IMG/VR virus record: IMGVR_UViG_3300017766_001376
Span: 1-36,345 of that record
DNA: 36,345 nt
Reading direction: 5' to 3' (one strand)
DNA from: a virus
Lineage: Duplodnaviria; Caudoviricetes
Position 1 is the stretch's first letter. Every line of letters starts with the position of its first letter. Of the stretch, positions 18,901 to 26,406 are shown piece by piece. Under the pieces are notes generated by a model that made no database searches, was not told the DNA's origin, and saw only the letters and a list, made by a program, of their open reading frames with translations. The position numbers were made by a program, and so were the translations under genes.

Positions 18901-20208
18901 GCAGAATTATTGGATACATGTCATACTGCTGATTGTTTACAGTATATGAACTACCAAGGGTTAACTTACGGATTAAATGAAAATCAATTTGTATCTGTAA
19001 ATTGTAGTAATACTGCGCCTGTAACACAAGCTTCAGGAACACAACAATATCGTTTACAATATCAGTGGTGGGCTTACAATTATTTTTTGGCACCAAAAAT
19101 TTGTGGTGGAGGTGCTCCAACACTTTATCAATGGCAATCCACTCCATCTGGTTGTAATTCTGTGCCAGCAATAGTTCCACCACAGCATCAATATGATCCA
19201 AAAATATCCACATTTTGTTATAATTACAATCAAACAACTACATCAAACAGGATAGCTTCTTATCTGTATACGGTTAATTCTGCAGGAGCTACAGCATTTC
19301 AAATGTATTATTATGGATGGAACGATGGTAGTTATCCAAACTGGACATTAAAAACTCCTGCTACCACATATACTAATCGTGCAAATTTAACATCTTATGC
19401 TTCATCAGTATCAAATGATATGACAACATATCCTGTAGTATTTAGTACAATCGTTGCACAAACTTCTAACACTTATTTTGCTGCAGACACAGTTAATGTT
19501 CCATTTAATAAAGCATTTTGGTTTTACACTACAGGCGTAAATAATGCATTAACATTACCCACTGGATCACTACCAACCGGTATTACTGCTCCAGTACTGA
19601 TTGATAAATTTGCAAATACCGGTAAACGAAATCTTCCAGAAATATTTTTTAATTTAATTCCCAGAGTAACTACTACCAATCCTACATCAGATTCTTATTT
19701 TGATTTTACAATAACACCATCTTCAGAATATGCTCTTGTAGAATATTTAGATTGGGAATTAGACGGAAGAGTAACCACTGTATATTTACCATTAATAACA
19801 GGAAATACAATTTTACATTATAAAGACTTTAGTACACCAAACTCATCATTAGAATTATCTTCACTCAGAACTCCAAGTGGTAATAGTATAAGTACATTAA
19901 AATTTAGTGATTTTGCAGATAGCGCAAAAGATGGTTCAGACGTGTTATTAACAGTAAATGTTATTCAAATGTTTTACAGAAAAAATGGAGCTGAGACTGC
20001 AAATCAAAATTATAAATGGGTAGAAAAAACTAGAACATTTCGAATAAAGTATCCATCTTCCGGTTTGATGGGTTCTACTAGTACTACAACACAACTTCCA
20101 GTTGCTACACAATTAAAACGCATAACTAATTTGGTGGGAGACTCTCAGTGCGTCAGCATCAATTGTGAAACGTCCCCGTACTTATGCTTATCTTTGGAGA
20201 ACTGTTAA
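15991..20208 (+). CDS. Large collagen-like fibre/adhesin with two GSCC repeats and a long unassigned Cys/Thr-rich C-terminal region
   Basis: Collagen triplets at 16045-16101; GSCC at 17011 and 17128; 1405-aa uninterrupted ORF in the fibre cluster. Confidence 0.6.
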   Translation: MPSIIGSSLLSGNVITGTGPIGYSGPTGPTGPRGATGTVLGPTGGTAVYIFDVISNPSANQISFVLSDGNQYGPFFGFTGPTISYSDSRGLCAEHTSTAFSVWSGISAGITFQFRGITGDGQYITPSLTTDKNELLLTIGNLSAAGTPAYGNTGDDFISYTTPIHTATNTQIKVINQNFEESASGFAGSADTTALEFGLTGIAATSASKVRVYSDFETPYINIDQLTRGNPTNPNGYTLDLTKSSVFKLTTPVGIASFSDTNLTNAYKSWLFFIEGSDVWNLPNNLLFDSGITGIGNYGFTPGMNLLRITKSPNSNNYIGTFIDRFIGADDTGGLQFGGIGSCCKPDGTCQDYTTQEDCAKITGSYYAALKSCSQSCNIGSCCINGICFNNINRDTCLALTGNASAWSGNACSLGEREICAPGTNVYQLTNSYTINQNPILLEENNVSLNTPSTWVKIFEFTVKTDDATAKISIDDPVNNNGVGCKFTLDPNNIVSQKTVSNIGTSIVSVYFAGFTGVVSDTANNQTISWNIRLTTATGSETRYNEVLINSFTYNNLKIIKKPVVIDKIQAYFKAQRYCLDCYGLKTINSGTSDGNHVNSETRKRKYYPIQEQYGTCSFSLTGTKDQINLLSVRVGDVREVNDCRFSDAETEYYGCTTCTNKTRPTTVCPHIDYQFDPTANRAIRSNYCKTARQLITGLGLNQGFTPTYPNYAGLNAKGDLVDFSTPTGSIIGATSPYWFDITFNDQHSLISKLSASSVTTEANMKSVLDDLKNKLYSTSNTNGSLFFNKTNFNSELTVVAGNSSCAPGVTAQHADLYNITLDFTTPPTGAGTSYRYFLHSFKTTYGIECSNECNRVSGGTNSLVVYDERVKLSDQRQIYLHSDGYYILHKAIVNTITTNLNDINAPGEFLVFPMGSCKDKGYFVRDCIGPKFDCKYTYMDTSTPKYVGEITQSDTIGGKLQVNVSKTIPAELLDTCHTADCLQYMNYQGLTYGLNENQFVSVNCSNTAPVTQASGTQQYRLQYQWWAYNYFLAPKICGGGAPTLYQWQSTPSGCNSVPAIVPPQHQYDPKISTFCYNYNQTTTSNRIASYLYTVNSAGATAFQMYYYGWNDGSYPNWTLKTPATTYTNRANLTSYASSVSNDMTTYPVVFSTIVAQTSNTYFAADTVNVPFNKAFWFYTTGVNNALTLPTGSLPTGITAPVLIDKFANTGKRNLPEIFFNLIPRVTTTNPTSDSYFDFTITPSSEYALVEYLDWELDGRVTTVYLPLITGNTILHYKDFSTPNSSLELSSLRTPSGNSISTLKFSDFADSAKDGSDVLLTVNVIQMFYRKNGAETANQNYKWVEKTRTFRIKYPSSGLMGSTSTTTQLPVATQLKRITNLVGDSQCVSINCETSPYLCLSLENC

Positions 20209-20209
20209 A

Positions 20210-23200
20210 ATGGCAATTCATTTTCGATCACAAATAGTAAACCAAGAAATTAAAGGAACAGTTATTGATGCTTCCGAGTTGGGATGGTGTTGTGATGGTA
20301 GCTCTACCACACAAAAAACACGTGCAAATTGTCAAGGTTATCCTTTTATTTTGGGTGCATTAAACGGAAATCAATGTGCTGCTACAAACGCTAATTGTCC
20401 AAATAATTTTACTGGTTTAATTCCAGGAGCTTGTTGTTACTGGAAAAATGTAAACGGAGATTACACACAACAATGCACGCTTGTAATTAATAACGAACAA
20501 TGTGATGCTCTACATCAAGGATTTAGTGAAGGATTGCAGTACTCTTTTTATCCTGGTCAATTTTGTCAAAATGATGGTGGCAGTGTAGTATGTAACGGTG
20601 TAAAACGAGTTTACGGAGACGATGCCATATGCAATCCAGACGATTCTACAAACTGTTTTGATCCCAACAATATTTTAGGAAATTGTTGTCACAACGAAAC
20701 AGCTGGAACAATTTGTTCCATCACAACTAAACCTGAGTGTGGTAATGGCGTATGGTCTCCACCAAAAAATGGTGTTGTAATGTCGTGCGTTGATAAAGCA
20801 CCTTGTGATGGTGTATATTTTTCTAAATCGTATAAAGTACCAACAACAGATATAGATGAAATAAAAGGTGCAACCAGTGTAATAGAAAAATTACCACAAA
20901 TAGGTGATTATTATCAAGGTGGTGTATTTGTTGGTATTTTTAATCCGGGAACTCCTATAAATTCTGATGGTGGTTCTGAAATTTTTGGTAATGCTTCCAC
21001 CGGTAATGCTAGCATATATCGAGCAAGAGGAGACGGTGTTGGTAATAAACGAGCTGGTTGGGTTTTAATTGCAGATCTTGAAGATCATATTGCAGACGCT
21101 GGTTACACTGGTATAAATTTATTTGATAATATTTCGTTTGCAGAAACACCTTCTACTGCTCTTGATACGTTTGCTTCGTCTGCATATGACGGTCTGTATA
21201 ATACTGTAAACAATACTTCATCACTTTACAGTTCTATAAAACAGTATACGTCTAACGGATTTAATGACTGGTATCTACCCAGTCAAGACGAATTAGCTTT
21301 ATACTGCAATAACATTAAACCAGACACTCAACTTTATAATAATTATAAAATTTTAGAAGGTACTTATTTAACTTCAACTTTATTCTCACTAGGGAATCAA
21401 CGACAATTTAATAGTACGTATTTTAATTACACACAACAAATAACATCATTTAATTATGGTCAAGTAAATTTGTTGCCGGTAACAGAAAAAGCAAAAATTA
21501 AATTGTTTAGACGAATTTATTTAGGACCAGAAATTATAATTAGTAATACTAGAGATATTCTTGATTGCGATGCTTGTTTAAAGAAAGCAGCCGATGAACG
21601 CAACGATGCCATGAAGGTTGTTGCTAAACAATATGAAGATTTACAAAAATGGATCAAAGGAATTAAACCTAATTGTGTAGTAGGTCCGTATGATGATGCG
21701 GATAAATGTGATATAAGTTGCAAAGAAGCAGACGGAGGTGGAGTAATACCAGGATATCCAAAAAGTCCTTGGTGTTGTGCTGCTGATATATGGAATAATT
21801 TTTTTAAAGAATTATGGGAAGGCACTGGAATTCCTGGAATGATTGGTTTAGGCGAAGCAGCAGGTTCTACTATTAGAGCTGCATTTGATTGGGCAAGACT
21901 TGTAACTGGATTAATTGAAACTATAACAGGTACCGCTGTAAGTGATATTGGAGAATTCGTAATAGGATATCCCATGAGATCATACAATACAACTGCATTT
22001 GTGGAAAGAAATGCACTTGGTGAATTAGTGGGTGGTAACAGACCACAATTTTTTACTATGACTGATACCGGTCCTGTACAATTCCGTGGAGATTCGTTTG
22101 ATGCATATGCATTTGAAAGAATGGCAATATCGGGCGGTGAATCATCAGAAGCAATGCAAAAAGCCGGATTTATAAGAGTAATAAAAGATGTTAATAATCG
22201 AGTAGCAGAAGTTATAATGACAGAAAAAGGAATGAAAACTCTTTTAGACACAATTGAAGAGGGTAGAAGAGCAAATCCACCGTATAAAAATTATATCACA
22301 GGATTTGCTCCAATAAAAATTCGAAATGATGCTGGAAAATATATTCTCGAATACCAAGAAGCATTGAATAGTATAAATGCATCTGCAATTGGACGAGGTT
22401 TTGCTCCAGATAACCTTGGACAATCTCCATTAGGAAAATTAGACCCACAAGAAATAATTGATTATTTTGGTGCTAAGTCTGGATTGGCTGTAAGATTTAA
22501 TCCAAATAGACCAATTATAAATGGAATAAGAAGTGAACCTATAGCCAGTTCATTTAGTGATATATTAAAATACGCATGGGAAACCGGTGGAGTGGGAAGA
22601 GCATCTCGTTTAGCTTTTTGGTCTGCAATGAGAACTCCACAACTTTGGCTAAAAATGGTAAAAGGTCTTGCTGGATTTTTAGGACCAGCTTTAATAGAAG
22701 CACTTCTTAATTTGTATGTTAAATTTATGGAATGTAGTGCGGAAGCAGATGAATATGTAACACAAGAACAAACCAGATTATTTGGTAATGTAGATTGTAG
22801 AGATAAAAATGGAATATGTAAAGATCCAGATAAATTACCACCAGTTCCTACACCACCAGATCCAGATCCATACACATTGTGCAGATGTCAAGGATGCCCT
22901 GAACCAGAAAAATGGAGAAAATGTGTTGGAGAATCTGGTATTATTCAATTAAAATGGATTGAAGCTGTAAAACGGTGTTGTGCAAATCCTGAGTGCAAAC
23001 CACCAAAGGTAAAAAGCCCACCAAAAATATGTATGAATATACAATACTTGGATGATCCTAGAAAGAAAAATATACCACCAATCGAAACCAATCCAGACGG
23101 AACACCAAAATATCCAAAAGAACCATACGACTATCCATTACCTAGCCGTATTAGAGAAATTCCTAATGATATTCCTCAGTTTCCGAGGGGGTTCGGTTTT

Positions 23201-23221
23201 GGAAGTCCCATGGGAATATAA
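20210..23221 (+). CDS. GxCC-repeat and DUF1566/Lcl-C-like lectin protein with a long C-terminal extension
   Basis: Likely start is the ATG at 20210 (MAIHFRS), 1 nt after the upstream stop. GWCC/GACC/GNCC repeats; 'IGDYYQGGVFVG...GFNDWYLPSQDEL...IKLFRRI'. Confidence 0.65.
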   Translation: MAIHFRSQIVNQEIKGTVIDASELGWCCDGSSTTQKTRANCQGYPFILGALNGNQCAATNANCPNNFTGLIPGACCYWKNVNGDYTQQCTLVINNEQCDALHQGFSEGLQYSFYPGQFCQNDGGSVVCNGVKRVYGDDAICNPDDSTNCFDPNNILGNCCHNETAGTICSITTKPECGNGVWSPPKNGVVMSCVDKAPCDGVYFSKSYKVPTTDIDEIKGATSVIEKLPQIGDYYQGGVFVGIFNPGTPINSDGGSEIFGNASTGNASIYRARGDGVGNKRAGWVLIADLEDHIADAGYTGINLFDNISFAETPSTALDTFASSAYDGLYNTVNNTSSLYSSIKQYTSNGFNDWYLPSQDELALYCNNIKPDTQLYNNYKILEGTYLTSTLFSLGNQRQFNSTYFNYTQQITSFNYGQVNLLPVTEKAKIKLFRRIYLGPEIIISNTRDILDCDACLKKAADERNDAMKVVAKQYEDLQKWIKGIKPNCVVGPYDDADKCDISCKEADGGGVIPGYPKSPWCCAADIWNNFFKELWEGTGIPGMIGLGEAAGSTIRAAFDWARLVTGLIETITGTAVSDIGEFVIGYPMRSYNTTAFVERNALGELVGGNRPQFFTMTDTGPVQFRGDSFDAYAFERMAISGGESSEAMQKAGFIRVIKDVNNRVAEVIMTEKGMKTLLDTIEEGRRANPPYKNYITGFAPIKIRNDAGKYILEYQEALNSINASAIGRGFAPDNLGQSPLGKLDPQEIIDYFGAKSGLAVRFNPNRPIINGIRSEPIASSFSDILKYAWETGGVGRASRLAFWSAMRTPQLWLKMVKGLAGFLGPALIEALLNLYVKFMECSAEADEYVTQEQTRLFGNVDCRDKNGICKDPDKLPPVPTPPDPDPYTLCRCQGCPEPEKWRKCVGESGIIQLKWIEAVKRCCANPECKPPKVKSPPKICMNIQYLDDPRKKNIPPIETNPDGTPKYPKEPYDYPLPSRIREIPNDIPQFPRGFGFGSPMGI

Positions 23222-23224
23222 ATA
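23217..23224 (+). promoter_or_regulatory. T4-type late promoter TATAAATA
   Basis: Exact consensus overlapping the upstream stop; followed by an AGGAG RBS and the ATG at 23266. Confidence 0.65.
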
Positions 23225-23265
23225 TTTTATATAAAACTCTACTATATAAAATAGGAGTTTACATT

Positions 23266-23835
23266 ATGGGATGCGGATGCAATAAAAACAAAACCGTAAA
23301 GAACACGGAATCTCCTGAGTTCAGAACAGCAGATTCCACCACACAATCTAATCAAGGAACCTTCTCTAGAGGTATAGCAATGGCAAAAAGTTTTGCTTCT
23401 GCTATTGCTTCCCGAGGAGTTTCAAACACAAAAACTAATGGCCCAACCAAGCAGCTACGAGTTCTCAGCTGTTTTGGTAATCAAGACCGTGGTGGCGAAT
23501 TGCCTCCATGCCAACATCTAAAAGAAAGCACAACGCCCGGTAAACACTTCTGTGGTGGTTGTGGCTGTGGTGATAAACCAATGACTTGGTTGATGGCGTC
23601 TGGTGAAGAGTACAGCAAATTAGATTATCCTAATCTACAATGCCCGTTAACCATGCCTGGTTTTACTAACTATACTCAAAGTGCGCCAGACGAAGCAAAC
23701 ACACCAATAACCAGAAAATACTATATTGAAAATATAGATTTTAATGAAGTGTTAAAAACACCAATTAGTTTACCTCAATTTAAACCTGAAATGCCACCAG
23801 TTCCTCCAAACACAGAAGAAACCGGAAAAGTTTAA
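23266..23835 (+). CDS. Cys-rich hypothetical protein, putative metal-binding
   Basis: MGCGC N-terminus; 'SCFG', 'PPCQHL', 'HFCGGCGCGD' and 'QCPL'; strong AGGAG RBS. Confidence 0.6.
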   Translation: MGCGCNKNKTVKNTESPEFRTADSTTQSNQGTFSRGIAMAKSFASAIASRGVSNTKTNGPTKQLRVLSCFGNQDRGGELPPCQHLKESTTPGKHFCGGCGCGDKPMTWLMASGEEYSKLDYPNLQCPLTMPGFTNYTQSAPDEANTPITRKYYIENIDFNEVLKTPISLPQFKPEMPPVPPNTEETGKV

Positions 23836-23846
23836 ATTTAAATTGC

Positions 23847-23854
23847 CATAAATA
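23847..23854 (+). promoter_or_regulatory. Late promoter variant CATAAATA
   Basis: Intergenic, upstream of gp13. Confidence 0.7.
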
Positions 23855-23868
23855 CTTGCAGGTATCTT

Positions 23869-24669
23869 ATGGCAAAACCAAATTCTAGAGAAACATTAAT
23901 TCAGTATTGTCTCCGAAAGCTGGGAGCTCCTGTTGTAGACATCAACGTTGATTGGCAGCAATGCGAAGAACGTCTAGACGATGCTCTAGACTTTTTTACA
24001 GAACGCCATTTTGATGGTGTTGAGAAAATATTTTTTCGTTATCAAATACAACAAAAAGACATCACCAATCAATACATCTCTATAGAAGATGTTGGTCCAC
24101 CAAATGGAGTCAGTGGTCCTACTGGTAATGATATAGTTTCTGTAGTAAGAGTACTACAGTTTGGTAATTTTAGCAATATCAACATGTTTGACGTTCGTTA
24201 TCAGATGGCACTTACTGATTATTTTGGTATCAACAGAAATCTGGCAGGAACTTACGCACTAGGTCTGGCAGGATACGATTCCATGATGCGTTACATCAAA
24301 CTGATCGAAGACATTTTTCAACCAGAAAAAGCTATACAGTTTAGTAAAGTAAGTGGTAAGTTGCATTTAAATATGGACTGGGATTTAGAAGTAAATGCCG
24401 GAGATTGGATTGTTATTCAAGCATACGCTATTATTAATCCAGAAGAACACACTAAAATATACGATGATCGTTATTTAAAGAAGTATCTGGCAGCTTTAAT
24501 TAAGCGTCAATGGGGAACAAACATGTCTAAATTTGACGGTGTTGCTCTTCCTGGTGGCGTTACTATGCGTGGGGCCACGATTTACGCGGAAGCAGTTCAA
24601 GAAATTGCCGCAATAGAACAAGAGTTCTTGTCTAACACAGAACTACCAATTGATTTCATGACAGGCTAA
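23869..24669 (+). CDS. gp13: Neck protein gp13
   Basis: 'MAKPNSRETLIQYCLRKLGAPVVDINV', 'HFDG' and 'ALIKRQWGTNMSKFDGVALPGGVT'. Confidence 0.95.
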   Translation: MAKPNSRETLIQYCLRKLGAPVVDINVDWQQCEERLDDALDFFTERHFDGVEKIFFRYQIQQKDITNQYISIEDVGPPNGVSGPTGNDIVSVVRVLQFGNFSNINMFDVRYQMALTDYFGINRNLAGTYALGLAGYDSMMRYIKLIEDIFQPEKAIQFSKVSGKLHLNMDWDLEVNAGDWIVIQAYAIINPEEHTKIYDDRYLKKYLAALIKRQWGTNMSKFDGVALPGGVTMRGATIYAEAVQEIAAIEQEFLSNTELPIDFMTG

Positions 24670-24670
24670 T

Positions 24671-25300
24671 ATGGCTATAAATCCTTACTTTAAAGATTAT
24701 TCTGGAGAACAAGATCTAGTAGAAGATCTCACCATTGAAATTATTAAAACAATGGGTCGAGATATGATTTACATTCCCAGAGAGAAATATCAACAGGATT
24801 TAATTTTTGGTGAACAATACGGTGTAGGATTTACTGTTGGCATTCCATTAGAAATGTATATTGACACCACTATGGGATTCCAAGGTCAAGGTGATATTGC
24901 CAGCAAGTTTGGTATTGAAATTAAAGACAATTTAGAAATGACTATTTCTAAAAAGCGATTCGTTCAAGAAGTTCAAACCAGACAACCCAGCATAACCAGA
25001 CCACGTGAAGGTGATTTGATATTTTTTCCGTTAGCAAAAGCTATATTTGAAATTAACTTTGTGGAACACGAAAATCCATTTTATCAAATGGGTAAACTAT
25101 ACTGCTACAAACTGTCTTGTTCGCTATGGAACTACAACGAAGAAAGCGTACAAACTGGAAATACAGATATCGATGCTGTGGAAACAGACGTTCGTGGTCT
25201 TACCGGCGAGAACACAGAATTCAATACTCAAGACGAAGCGTATAATCCAAACATTGTGGACTTTACAGATTTAAATCCATTTTCTGAAGGACCATTCTAA
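24671..25300 (+). CDS. gp14: Neck / head-closure protein gp14
   Basis: 'EQDLVEDL', 'SKFGIEI', 'RPREGDLIFFP', 'FEINFVEHENPFYQMGK' and 'NPF'. Confidence 0.95.
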   Translation: MAINPYFKDYSGEQDLVEDLTIEIIKTMGRDMIYIPREKYQQDLIFGEQYGVGFTVGIPLEMYIDTTMGFQGQGDIASKFGIEIKDNLEMTISKKRFVQEVQTRQPSITRPREGDLIFFPLAKAIFEINFVEHENPFYQMGKLYCYKLSCSLWNYNEESVQTGNTDIDAVETDVRGLTGENTEFNTQDEAYNPNIVDFTDLNPFSEGPF

Positions 25301-25956
25301 TGTTTACGTATTACAAGAACGAGTGTATACGAAAACTGGTAATTGCTTTTGGTAACTTGTTTAATAATATACACATAATACAAAAAGAAACTGATGGCTC
25401 TCCCAGAGACACGCTAGTCCCTTTAACGTACGCACCAAAAGAAAAGTACATCAAGCGTTTAACTCTTCCTAGCTCAATCAGCGATCAAACTCGCGTAGAA
25501 TTAAATAATCCACAATTATCGTTTGAATTAACTAATATTCAGTACGATCCGATTCGCCATTTAAATAAACTTCATAAGAAATTAAATGCAGGCATGACTG
25601 GCGGATCTTACATGGAAGTGCCGTATAATTTTACGTTCAACCTTCACTCATACACCAGAAACATTGATGAAAATTTAGAAATAATGGAACAAATTTTACC
25701 GTACTTCAGTCCGGAATTTGTTATTTCTATGAATTATACGGATATTCACAGACAAGTAGACGTACCTATCACTTTGTTACAAACAAATCTACTTCAAGAC
25801 TATGAAGGCGATTTTAACACAAGACGAGTGGTAATCAGTACACTACAATTTGTGGCAAAAACTTATGTGTTTAACAAACTTAGTACATATCAAGGAATGT
25901 CTAATTATGTTGCAAATTTTGATATTAACGGTATTACTTTTGATATAGAAAGTTGA
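25300..25956 (+). CDS. gp15: Tail sheath stabiliser / terminator gp15
   Basis: 'IRKLVIAFGNLFNNI', 'VPLTYAPKEK', 'VPYN' and 'EQILPYFSP'. Confidence 0.95.
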   Translation: MFTYYKNECIRKLVIAFGNLFNNIHIIQKETDGSPRDTLVPLTYAPKEKYIKRLTLPSSISDQTRVELNNPQLSFELTNIQYDPIRHLNKLHKKLNAGMTGGSYMEVPYNFTFNLHSYTRNIDENLEIMEQILPYFSPEFVISMNYTDIHRQVDVPITLLQTNLLQDYEGDFNTRRVVISTLQFVAKTYVFNKLSTYQGMSNYVANFDINGITFDIES

Positions 25957-25962
25957 TTTAAA

Positions 25963-26406
25963 ATGAGTAATGATATTATTTCCAAATCTTTGGGTATTGA
26001 TTTTATTGGACCTGTAGAAGAACCAAAACCAGAAGTAAAATCCGAAACACAAAAAGGATTAGACACTGATTTTGAATATGCTAAAGACAATATTAAAATG
26101 CTAATCTCTAATGGCTCTGAAGCTATAGAAGAAATTCTTAAAGTAGCAAAAGCGGGCGATTCTCCAAGAGCATATGAAGTTGTATCTCAACTGTTAAAAA
26201 CAGTAGCAGATATGAATAAAGATTTGCTGGAACTACATCAACGAGCAAAGACGGTAAAGAAAGAAACTGTGAATGTTAAGAACACAACAAACAATTCAAT
26301 TTATGTTGGTTCTACTAGTGAACTGCAAGATCTAATCAACAAAGATCGAAGCAGAACAAAAGCTCTTGAAAGCCAAACTTTTTTAGATAATAACAATGGG
26401 CTATAA
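25963..26406 (+). CDS. gp16: Terminase small subunit gp16
   Basis: 'DFEYAKDN', 'SPRAYEV' and 'NNSIYVGSTSELQ'. Confidence 0.93.
   Translation: MSNDIISKSLGIDFIGPVEEPKPEVKSETQKGLDTDFEYAKDNIKMLISNGSEAIEEILKVAKAGDSPRAYEVVSQLLKTVADMNKDLLELHQRAKTVKKETVNVKNTTNNSIYVGSTSELQDLINKDRSRTKALESQTFLDNNNGL

Noticed and set aside
20165-20209. GTG start at 20165 given by the ORF track
   Set aside because: It overlaps the upstream gene; the ATG at 20210 directly after its stop is more plausible.
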